Origin: Dehalococcoidia bacterium
GTDB lineage: Bacteria > Chloroflexota > Dehalococcoidia > UBA6926
Reading direction: 5' to 3'
Assembly: GCA_963666115.2 (NCBI GenBank)
Contig: CAXXET010000007.1
Coordinates: forward strand, 256,595 to 320,594
Length of the DNA stretch: 64,000 nucleotides
Position numbers and translations under genes: made by a program. This document shows, in pieces, positions 31,601-43,600 of this stretch. How positions within the stretch are numbered: the first letter of the stretch is position 1; every line of letters starts with the position of its first letter. The notes beneath the pieces are model-generated. The model did not search any database, was not told the origin of the DNA, and was given only the letters and a program-made list of their open reading frames with translations.

Positions 31601-34600
31601 TGCCGTTCCCCGCGTCGTTCACCGCGCGCACCTTGAACGTGTACGACGTGCCGTTGGTGAGATTCGTGACGGTGTAGGTGGTGGTGGACGCGCTGCTGGA
31701 CGGCACGGCGGTCCAGTTGGTTCCGTTGTCCGTGCTGTACTCCCAGCTCGTGATCGTGGAGTTGTTCGGATTCGTCCACGTCAGCGTCACCTGCCCCGCG
31801 CCCTCCACCGCGGTCAGTCCCGTCGGCGTGTCCGGGGTGGGCAGGGTGGGCGTGACGTCTGACGACGGGTCGGACGCCGGGCCGCTGGCCGATGCGTTGA
31901 CCGCCCGTATCTGGAAGTTATACGTCGTGTCATGCGTGAGCCGTGTCACGGTGTGCGTCGTCGTCGTCGCGCCGCTGGATGGGATGGTCGCCCAGCCCCC
32001 GCCGGACGCCGGCGTCACGCTCACTTCAGAGAGCGCCGTCTCCGGCGTGGTATTCTTCACCGCCCGCACCTGGAACCGGTACGCCTGGCCGTTCTTCAGG
32101 CCCGTCACCGTCCGCGACGTGGTCGTCGCCCCGCTGGACGGGATGGTCGTCCAGATCTTCAGCCCGCTCACCGTCACGGCCGTGTTGCTGCTCGTGAGGC
32201 CGCGAATCTGGTACACGCCCAGCGCGTTCTGCGTATACGTCCGCGTGAAGCTGTGCGAGTTTATCGTCGTCAGCGTGCATGAGCCCGTGCACGGGATATC
32301 CGTCCAGAGCGTGCCGTCCGGGCTGTACTGGAACTTGGCGATGCTGGAGTTGTTGGGGTTCGTCCACTCCAGCGTGACGGCGGTGGACGAGTTCTGGCGG
32401 CTGATGAAGTCGCCGAGGTTGCTCGTCCACTCGCGAATCTGCCACGACGTGATGGTCGAATCGTTCGCGTTGTCCCAGCCAAGCGTGGCCGACGCATTGC
32501 CCGGGAGAACGTGCATCCCGCCCGTTCCGACCGTCCACTCCCTGACCTGCCAGCTCGTGATGCTGGTATCGTTCGGGTCCGTCCAGGTCAGGTCGGCCTG
32601 TCCCGTCGTGTATAGCACGACGGGTGTCTTGGTCGTCTTGGCGACTGCCGTGAAGCCGGACGGCTTGGACGGCGCGGTGCGCGCATCTGCCCCGCTCGAT
32701 GCAGCGCCGTTCCCTGCGTCATTCACGCCCCGCACCTTGAACGTGTAGTCCGTGGCGTTGGCGATGCCGCTCGTAATGGTGTAGCTCCGCGTTGAATCGC
32801 TCGTGTTGGTCATGGCGACCCAGTTCGTGCCGTCGTCCGTGGTGTACTCCCACGAATTGACCCACCTGGCGTTCGATGCCTTCGTCCACGTTAGCGTGGC
32901 CTGCTCATTGCCGCCGCTGGCGGTCAGCGAAGCGGGCGCCTCCGGCACGCCGGACACCGGCGTCGCCTGCGCCGCGTCGGACGCCGCGCCGTTGCCGATG
33001 AGGTTCACCGCGCGAACCTGGAACTTGTACGCGGAATTGTTCGTCAGCCCCGTCTTCGTGTACGAGAGCGTCGTCGTTCCCGTCGGCGTGATCGTCGTCC
33101 ACCTGCCGTAGGACGCGGACGCCAGCGCGTAGCGGAACTGCCACGAGGTGATCGTGCTCGTCGGCTTCGTCCAGCTCAGCGTCACCTGTGTATTGCCGCC
33201 CGTCGCGCTCAACCCCGTCGGCTTGGCGGGAACCGTGTACGGCGTCGCCGACACCTCGTCCGAATCCGCGCTGTTGCCGGACGCGTTCGCGGCGCGAATC
33301 TTGAACGTGTACGCCGTGCCGTTTGTGAGTCCGGTGACGATGTGGGACGTGAGAGTAGTGACGTTGGCGGAGACGGAGCGCACCTGGAAGTAGTGGCCCG
33401 CTCCGGCGGTCAGGCCCGTCACCCTGTAGCTCGTGGTTGACGCGCTGCTGCTCGGGATGTCCGTCCACGCCCCGAACGACGTGGAGGAAGAGCCCTTCCG
33501 GTACTCGTACTTCTCGATCTTTGAGTCGCTCGGGTTGTCCCAACTCAGCAGGACGCTGCCGTTGCCCGCCACCGTCTTGTACGCGTTCAGGTGCGTGGTC
33601 AGCTTCTTGATGTCCTGCCAACTGCCGTACGTGCTCGAGGTCTTCTGCGCGTACTGCCACTTCGTGATGCTCGAATCGCTCGGGTCTGTCCAGTTCAGCG
33701 TCGCCTGCGTATCGCCCGCCGTCACCGTGAAGTTCACGGGCTTGGCGGGCACCGAAACCGGCGTGGCGGCCCTGACGTTGGACGACGCGCCGCTGCCGTA
33801 GCTGTTCTTGCCCCTCACCGCGAAGCGGTACTCCGTGCCGTTGGTCAGATTATCGACGGTCGCCGTTCGTGTCGTGCCCGTGCTGCTGGCGACGTTGCCC
33901 CAGCCGCTCCACGTCCACGTCGTCGTGTTGTTCCTCGTCGAACTCGTGGCGATGCGGTATTGCCAGCTCGTTGCCGCCGGCGTGCCGCCGTACGTCCACG
34001 TCAGCCTCACCTCGCCGTCGCCCGGTGTTGAGCCGGTCAGCGTCGGCGCGGCGGGAACCGGCCCCGGCGTTGCCGTCGCCGCAGTCGCCGATGCGCCGTT
34101 CCCCGCGCTGTTCACCGCGCGAACCGTGAACGAGTACTCCGTGCCGTTGGTGAGCTTGGCGATCCTGACCTTGGCGGCGGTGATGGCGAAGCCGGACGTC
34201 GTGCTGACGCTCACGTTCTCACTGGGCGCGGACGCCAGCTTGACCTTGACGCTCTGGGGCTGCTTCCAGGTGGCGGCGGGGAAGGTGATTTGGGCGGGAG
34301 TGAAGATCACGTTGTCCTGCGGCGTCAGCCTCACCGTCAGGTCAACCGATGGCCGCTGCAGGTTTGCCGGGACGCTCACGGAGATGGTCTTGTCCGTGCT
34401 CCAGTCGGTCGTGGTGAACGCGGCGGCGCGCGCCGTCACCAGCGGGAGGACGATGTCCTTCCAACTGCCGGTGTCCACCCGAACCTGCTGCTTCAGGACC
34501 GTCGTATCCGCAGGGTTCGTCCATGTCAGGTCGACGTATTTGTCCCCGGCCTCCGCCGTCAGGCTCGTCGGCGCGGCGGGCACAGGCACCGGCGTCACGG

Positions 34601-37600
34601 TCACCTTGGAGGACGCCGTGCCGTACAGGTGGCCGTTCACGGCGCGAATCCTGTATTCATGCTCCACGCCGTTGGTCAGCCCCGTCACCGTGTAGGACGT
34701 CGTGTCCTTGTCGCTGTCCGGTATCGCGCGCCAGACGGCAAACCCTGTCACAGGCTTGATCTGCACGTACTCAAAGCTGGCGGCGCCGGCCCGGGCATGG
34801 GTGTCCGGCTCCGCGAATTTGTCCCACGTCAGCAGGACGGACTGGTGCTTGGCCGTTGCCTTAAAGCCGGTGGGCGCAAGCGGCGCTCCCTGCGGCGTGA
34901 ACTTAACCGTCGCCTCCGCCCCGGTGCCGCTCGCGTTGAAGGCGCGCACCTTGAACGTGTATTCCGAGCCGTCGTACAGCCCAGAGTTCCGCGTCGTGAA
35001 GCCGTTGAGTTGGAAGCCGGACTCGATGTCCACGGTGACGTTTTCACTGGGCTGGGCCGCCAGCTTGACGGCGACGTTCTGGGAGCCGCCCCAGTTCCGC
35101 CCGCCGGGGAACGTGAGGATGGCCGGCGTGAACACCACGCCGTCCTGCGGCTTCAGCCGGACCCGCAGGCTCGTTGTGGGCCGGTTGCTGTCTGCGTCCG
35201 TGATCGTCACGGAGACCGTCTGCGCCGTGTTCCAGTTCTGCGTTGTAAAGGTGACAGTCGCTGCCGTCAGATCGATGGTGTGGTCCGTCCACGTCGTCGT
35301 TCCCGCGCCAAGGCTCAGGCCGGTCTGCACCTTCGTGATCGTCGTGTCCGTGGGCGCGTCCCAGTAGAAGACGTTCTGCGTGTTGTGAACCTGCGCCTCC
35401 AGGTTCGTCACCGCAGAGGGCAGCGCCAGCGGAGTCTCAGACACCTTCGCGGACGCCGCGCTCGTCTGCCCCGCCGTGTTCACCACCCGCAGGTAGTAGT
35501 CATACGCCGTGCCGTTCGTCAGCGTTGCCGCCGTCGTGTGCGACGTGGTCGTTGCGCAGTTGGAATCGGCCGTGCTGTTGCAGACCTCAGTCCACGGGAT
35601 GGCGACCGTGGACGTGTTGTCCTTCGCCGTCACGCGATATTCGTACTTGTCGATGGTCGAATCGCTCGGGTCGGTCCACGTCGCGTACAGCGAGGAATCC
35701 CGCTTGGCCAGCGCGACGCCCGTCGGAGCGGGCAGCAGCCGCGGCGTCGCCGTCGCCCCGTCCGAGGCCGGCCCCGCCTGGCTGTTCGCGTTCACGCCGC
35801 GCACCTTGAATGTAACCGCTGTGCCGTTCGTCAGCCCCGTCGCCTGGTACGTGTAATTCGTCCCAACCGTGGTGGGCGTCACCGCCGACCACGTCCCGCC
35901 GTTGTCCTTGCTGTACTGCCATGACGTTGCCGTATTCGTCGTCGGCCACGTCAGCGTCGCCGTCGCATTCTCGCCGGAGCGCGCCGCCAGCCCCGTCGGC
36001 TTCGCCGTCAGTGCCTTCGGCGTGGCGTACTTCACGTCCGACGCCGCGCCGAGCGAGTTGTGAATCCGCGCCCGCACCTGGAACGCGTACAGCCTGTTGT
36101 TCGTCAGGCTCGAAACAGTATGGGCAATCGTCGTCGCGCTGCTGCTTGAGATTGCCGTCCAGCCCGCCGTCGCCGACGGCCTTGCCGTTCCGCCGCCAAT
36201 CGCGGCCCCTGCCGCTAGCGGCCTGCCCGTCGCGTCGCCCAGGACGGTGTTCACCAAGTTGTCCGAGCTGTCGATCCCCCGCACCTGGAACGTGTACTGC
36301 GTGCCGTTGGTCAGGAGATTTACCGTAGTGACGTTAAGGTTCGGGCACCTGGGGTTGCCAAACCAGTGATAGGTGCAAATGGTGTTCCATGATCCATAGG
36401 CCCCGGTGGTCTTGTAGCGATACTGCCACTTATGGACGCTCGATGCGTTGTTGGGGGTGGTCCAGTGCAGTTCGACTTGCCCATTGTAGGCGAGAGTGGT
36501 CAGGCCACCCGTCGTATTGGAGTTCACCGCCCGCACCCGGAACTTGTACGTCCGGCCATTGGCCAGGGGCGTGCCGTTCGTTTCGGTTGTGATGGTGTAG
36601 GAGTTGGTGGACGCGCTGCTGTTGGGGATGTCCGCCCACACGCCGTAGTTGTTCGCTGTGCGCTCAGCGCTGTACTGCCACTTGGTGATGCCCGTCGTAT
36701 CGCTCGGGCTGTCCCAGGAGATTGCAATCGACCGGTCTCCGGCCCACGCCGTCACGCCGTTCACGGGCGCGGTCTGCCGGTACTCATAGCCTGTGATATG
36801 GCTGTTGGCCGGGCTTGGCGTTGCCCACGCCAGCGCGACCGACTCCACCTTGCCCGCCGCGGTGAAGCCGGTGGGCTTGGCCGGGGCGGCGCGCGGCGTG
36901 ACGGCGGTCGTCGTGGTCGAGTTCGGGCTGTTGCCCGTCTCATTCACCGCGCGAATCGTAAACGTGTACGCCGTGCCGTTCGTCAGCCCCGTCACGAGGA
37001 ACGACGTTGTCGTGGAGCAGCCGGAGTCGGCCAGCGCGTTGCAGATATCCGTCCAGTTCGTCTCCGCGTTCTTCTTGTACTGCCACTTGTCGATGGTCGG
37101 ATCGGCGGGGCTGGGCGCAGTCCACGCCAGCGTCACGTTCGTATCCCCCGGCGTGGCCGTCAGCCCCGTCGGCTGCGCGGCCTGCCTCGTTCCGTACGCC
37201 CATTCGGTGGAGGGGCCCGCGCCGGATGAGTTGACCGCCCTCACCTGGAAGGAATACGCCACGCCCCGGACCAGGCCGGTTGGGCTGTGCGAGACGGTGG
37301 TGGCGCCGCTGCTCGTGATGTCCGTCCAGCCCTCCGTCGTCGATGGCGTCGCCGTCGCGTCGTCCAGCAGCCGCGTGTACATCGGCCTGATCTGGAACGT
37401 GTAGAACGAGCCTGCGGCCAGGTTCGTCGCCGTATACGACGTCGTCGTGGGATTGCTGCCCGCGATGCCCGTCCACGCGCCCGTCGACGTCGCGCCCGTC
37501 CTGACGTGCCTGTGAACTTGGTAGCTGTCGATATAGTCCTTGTCCGGGTCGGTCCACGTGATTGTCTTGGAGGTTGTGCCGTTGGCCAGCGCGGTGAACT

Positions 37601-40600
37601 CCCACGTAATTGGCGTCGGCTGTGACCCGACGTACACAAGGCGGCGCACCTGGAAGGTGTAGTGTGTGCCGGCGGTCAGCGCGCCTGACGTCCACGTCGT
37701 GGTTTCCCAGTTCGTGCTGATAAGCGTCCATGCGCCGTACGAGCCCGCGCCCGTCCGCTGCCGGTATTCCCACCTGTACGTATTCGACGACTCAGCCTTC
37801 TGCCACGTCAGCGTCACCTTGTTGCTGCTGTCCAGCACGGCGTACCTGTACGTGCCGACGTTGGCCATGGCGGCGAGCGGCGGGTTGCTCGTGTCGTGCG
37901 TCCGCTCCCGCACCTGGAACGTGTGCTTCACGCCGTTCGTCAGCCCCGTCACCGTGTACGACGTGTTGGAGAGCTGCGGCATGTTCGTCCAGTTGCCGTA
38001 GGTCTCCGCCCCCGCCTTGTACCGGTACTCATAGTTGCCGACCTTGGGATCGAGCGGGTTGTCCCACCACAGGAACACCTCGCCGTTGCCCGGCGCCGCC
38101 GAAAGCGTCCCCTCCTGCACGCGCTGGCGCACCTGGTACTTCGTGATGGTCGGAGCGGTGGGGGCGGGCGTCGACCACGCCAGCGCCACTCCCGTCGCGC
38201 TCCCCGTCGCCGTGTACCCCTTCGGCTGGTGCGGCTTCGGCGGCGGCTTCGGCGTCGCGGAAATCGACGCGACCGGGCTCCTGCCGCCGGCGTTCTTGGC
38301 GCGAAGCTGGAACGTGTACAGCGTATTGTTCGTCAGACCCGTCACGGTAAGCGCCGTCGCGTTGCGCCAGATGCCGGAGGAGACGGCGACCGTCACGTCC
38401 TCCGTGGGCGCGGTCGCCAGCGTCACGCTGACCGCCTGCGTGGTGTTCCAGTTCTGCGTGGTGAACGTCAGCTCCGACGGCGAGAACGTCACGCCGCTCT
38501 CAACAAGCGTGACCTTCACCTCTGCCGCCGGCGCGGCGGCCAGTTGCACGTTCGCCGTCTGCGCCGTGCTGTAGTTCCCGCTGTTGAACGTCAAAGTGTC
38601 CGCGCTGGTCAGCGCGATGGGAACTTCCGCCCAGTCGCTCCAGCTTCCCTGGTTCCCGCTCTGCTCATAGCGGTATTCGTACTGCGTGATCGTCGCGTCG
38701 GCCGGATCCGTCCAGCCCAGCGAAACCTGCGTGTTCCCGCCCGTGGCCGTCAGGTCGTTGATCCTGGCCGGCGCCAAGCCCTCCAGCATCAGCGTCGCCG
38801 TGTACGAATCGTCCGAAACGTTGTTGCTTGAGTCCACGACGCGGTAGGTGAACGTCGCGCTGCTGAAGCTGTCCGAGGGATAGAAGTACAGGGTCTTCCG
38901 GGTAGTGCTGATCTGGAGCTGGTCGTTCGGCGCGTACTGCCCGGCGGTGACGGGCGTCACCGTATCGCGGCACAGGTGGTGATTGGGCTTGTTGCGGCAT
39001 GCCGGCTTGCCCGCGAACCGGCCCTTTTGGACAAGCTGCAGCTGGCCTTGCGCCGACGCCGGCAGCGTCTCGATGAGAACGTAGGACAGCTTGTCTCCGT
39101 TCTCATCCTCGTACCGGAACGACTGGCTCACCGCCATGATCGTCCGGCTCGACGAGCTCTTCGCCTTCACGTAATGCGTGAAGCTCGTGCTCGTCGGCGG
39201 TTTGTTGTTGTCCGTCTCCGTCGCCACAACCGTCGCCGTCACGCCGCTGAAGTCCGCGCCCGTCGTCGTGGCCGTATGCAGGATATTCACCACGTCGTCC
39301 ACGCCGTCCGAGTCCTTCGTCACCGTCACCGTCACCGTCTGCGCGACATTCCAGTTGCTCGTGGTGAACGTCAGGCTCGACGGCGAGAACGTCGGGTTGG
39401 TCGGCGTCGTCGTGGACGAGCCTGTCCCGCGCGTCAGGTTCAAGGTCACGCTCGCGCTCGGCTGCACGGACAGCTTCACCGTGTACGTTCCCGTCGCCGA
39501 GCCGCTGTTCGGCTCCTCCACCGCAAGCGTCGCCCCCGAGAACACCAGCAGCCCCTTGTAGGTCAGCGTTGTTTCGCTCGACGACAGCCCGTGGTCGCTC
39601 CCGCTCTTCGTCCCGTACACCCGGATGTCGTACGTCGTGCCCGGCGTCAGGCTGGCCGCCGGAATGTCCGCGCTGGTGGCGTTCGCCTGCCCGGCGACCA
39701 CCTGGTTGGTGGACGTGTAGATTTCCGTCCCGGACTTCCACTCCACCACGTAGCCCGTCGCCCCCGTAAGCGTGCTCCACGATACCGTCGCCCCGCCCGC
39801 CGGGTTCCCGTGCGTATCCGTCTTCTGCGCCGCGCTGACACCCGTCACCTGCCCAAGCTCGTCATCGTCCGTGATGGTCAGCGCCGGGTTGGCTCCGGCG
39901 CCCTTGACCACCCACTTGGAGTTCGTCGGCTGCGCGAGCAGTGTCAGGGTCGCCGAGCCGTTGATCAGGTCGCTGTAATCGTTCTGCGCCGTCAGCGTCA
40001 CCGTGCCGGTGGTGGCGCCTACGGCGAGGGTGATCGTCGGGCTGCTCAGGTTGTATGCCTGGCGGTACACGTTAAGATCGACCTTGTACCCGGTGGTCAC
40101 GTTGCTCGAGTTCTTGGTGATGGACACCCGCGTGGTCGCCGACGTGGGCTCTGCCAGGAACACCACGCTGATGTTTTGCGTCGTGTCCCAGGTGCCGCTG
40201 GTGCCGCCCGTGAACGTCAGGTACTTGGGCGTGACCTCCGGCTCGTGGACGCTGAGGCGCGTGAAGTCCACCACCACCGTCTTGCCTGTTCCGGGGTCTG
40301 CGGCCAGCTTGACGGTGGCGGTCTGCGCCGTGCCCCAGTTGCCGTTGTTGCCGGACGTGAAGGTGAGGAAGCCGCTGGACTGGTTGGTGCCGCCGACGGT
40401 CAGGCCGTCCGGCGCCTGCGGCAGCGTGATCACGATGTCCTCGTCCCAGTCCTCCGTCATCGTCGCCGTCACCGTCGACGTCGTCGCCCCGCCCACCTTC
40501 TCATAGATCGTCGTCGGGCTGGCCGTCAGGTTCACGACGGGGCGCTGGTCCGCGACGGTCAGGTTGTCCGTGGAGCCGGCGTGCTTGGAGACGGGGTACT

Positions 40601-43600
40601 GGCTGGACGTGCCGAAGTCCCACGGGTCGTCGTTGTTCGTGTCGTTGTTGAAATCGAGGTCCCAGTCCACGTAGATGTCCGTGCCCGTGCCATACCCGGT
40701 GGGCGTCTGTAGCTCGGCGGTCGTCTTGCTGGAGCCGTTGTCGTTGCCGCAGCCGGTCACCCCCAGGGTGTCGCCGTTGAAGTAGGAGTTATTGATCTGG
40801 GCTCCGTCCTGCTTTTGGGCGATGATTCCGCACCTGCTGGCGGGGTTGGGGGTGGTCCCGCTGAGCGCGCCGGTGGCGTAGCTGGCGGTGATCGCGCTGG
40901 GCGCCTGGTTGTCGGTCGTGCCTGTGATGAACCCAACGAGGGCGCCGCGATAGACGTTGCCCGTTGCGCCGGTTGCGCTGACGTCGCCCCGGGCGTAGCT
41001 CGCCCTGATGTCCGAGCCTCGATACGACGCGCCGATCAGCCCGCCGGCATAGGCGTCGCCGGTATCGGGCGTGCCTGACTTCGCCTTGGCAGTCACGTCG
41101 CCCGCGGCCCAGCTTGCCGTCACGTTCGTGTCCGGGTAGTTGGTGAATGGCACCTCGCCCGTGAGACCGGCGAGGCCCCCCGCGTAGACGCGCGTCGCCT
41201 CCGTGGAGGTGGTCGCGTCCGCCTCCACGTCCGCCCAGGAATAGCTTGAGAGGATGTCAGCGTCCATGATCCGTCCGACCAGCCCGCCGGCGTAGGTATA
41301 GGTCCCGGTCGCGGTGACCTTGGCCTTCGCCGTCACCGTGCCCGTCGTATAGCTGCGCGTGATGTCCGTTCCGCTCCTGCCGGCGAGCGCGCCGGCGTAC
41401 ACGTCGCTGGACGCGCCGCTGCCGCCGGTGTTGTCGAACGTGATGTCCACGTTCTCCAGCGCGACGTGCCAGACCTCGTCGTCGGCGCTGTTCAGGTAGG
41501 CGAAGAGGCCGACGTAATTGCCCGTGGTCCAGTTCTGGAACAGGTTGCTTATCGTGTACGGTCCGCCGTCCCCGGTGGAGTCCGTGTCCATGTTGCCGTC
41601 GAACCCGCCCGTGTACGCCGTGCCGGCGGTGCTGCCAATGGGGTTCCAGCCGCTGCCGTTGTTCCAGTACGTGTCGCCAGTATTCGCGCCGGTGGGATTG
41701 TCGGCGGTCGGCGTGCTGTCGTTGGTGTTGAAGTCCAGGTTGGCGCGCAACTCGTAGCCGTTGCACGTATTGGAGACGCAGCCCATGCTGGGCGCCGCGG
41801 ACGGGTACGCCAATGCGTAGCTGGCCGTGCTTCCGCTCGCCGCCGTGCCGTCCGCGTCCAGGTCATACCGGATCGCGTTCAACTGCAACAGGCTGGACAC
41901 CTCGATCTGCCCGTCGTCGTCGATGTCGTAGTCGATGCCCGCGCCGACGTTCAGCGTGGCGTACGGGCTGTCATCCTCGCCGGACGCCGACGGCACCGCC
42001 GTGACGCGCGTGTTGTAGAGCGAGCCGGCTGTGCTCGTGACGGTGTAATGGCACTTGGTGTTGTTGGAGACCCGGCAGCCCGTGTCCGAGTTGGCCACCG
42101 TGACGACCGTGCTCCACGTGCTGGACGTGGACAGCTTGTGCTGCACCTTGTAGCTGGCGACGTCGGTGCCCATTCGACCCCAATTGATCTCGAATTCGGT
42201 GGCGTCCTGGCGCGCCAGGACCAGGTTGGGCGGCGCGGAGATCGAGTCGTCGTCATTGATCGTAAACGTCGGTGTAGCAGACGCGAAGCTCACGCGCGGG
42301 TCGCTGGAACCCGCCCCCGTCGCCAGGTTCACCTGCTTGTTCGCCGCGTTCACCCGGTTGTTCACCGCCGTCAGCGACACCGTTGCCGTCGTTGAGCCCG
42401 CCGTGATGGTCATTGTGCTGCTGCCCAGGGTGTAGGCCGCGTCCGTCGGCGGCGTCACGACCACGTCGTTCAGCAGCTTCTCGCTGAGCGTGGCGGTGAT
42501 GGTGGTGGCGTTCACGCGGCTCGGCGTGCTGAGCGCGCGCTCCCAGATCGGCGTCGGCGTGGCGGACATGGTGACGGTCACGCGCTGGTTGGCGGGCGTC
42601 AGCCCGTGCTTGAGCACGGGGTACTGGCTTGCCGTGCCGAAGTTCCACCCGTCCTGCGTCCCCGTTGTCACGGAATCCAGGTCAATGTCCCAATCCTTGT
42701 AGATATCGTTATTGCCCGTGCCGTACTGCCTCGGCGTCGTCAACTGGCTGGCCGTCTTGCCCGTGCCCTGTCCGGTGGCGGTGATGCCGGACAACTCCGT
42801 GTCCCAGTAGCCGTCCGTCGTCGTGCCGGACGTGTTGCTCGCTACCAGCCCGCCCTTGGTCTCCGTCACCCCCGTCGTCGCCCCGTCCTTGTCCGTCGTC
42901 GGCGCCCCCGTTGAGTAGCTCGCCGTGATGTTTCCGCCCGACTGGAGCGCCACGAGTCCTGCGACGTACAGCGTGACGGACGTGTTGCTGCTGCCCGCGT
43001 TGGACGCCTTCGGAGCCGCGTAGGAGTACGCCGCCTTGATATCGCCGCCGTTGTGCTCGCCGACGAGCCCGCCCGCGTAGGCGACCCCGTTGTCGTCCGA
43101 TACCTTGGCGTTGACGATGCCGGTTGAGTAAGACGCGATGACGTTCCCCGCCTTGTGGTAGCCGACCAGCCCGCCCGCGACGGCGTGCAGCGTGCCGTAC
43201 TGCGCGTTCTGCTCCGCCGTGACGGTCGCGCGCGCGTAGCTGGAGATGATGTCCCCCGCCTCCTTGTACCCCACAAGCCCGCCCGCGTGGGAGGCGAACG
43301 TGGACTGCGTGGAATTGCCGGCCTTGGTGACGGCCTTGACCGCGCCGCGCACGGAACTGCCCGTGATGCTTCCCGCCTTCTGGTAGCCCACAAGACCGCC
43401 CGCGTACACCTCCGGCTGCGGATCCTCGGTTGACGTGCTTTCCAGCGTGACGGACACGCCCGTCAGCGCGACGTCTTGGATGACCGCGCCCGTATCGATC
43501 CGCCCGAACAGCCCCGCGTAGTACTTCGTCCCTGTCGTCGTGGCGTCCCGGTCGATGAACAGGTTCTCAATCGTGTACTGCGTGCTGCCGTCCTTGCCGT

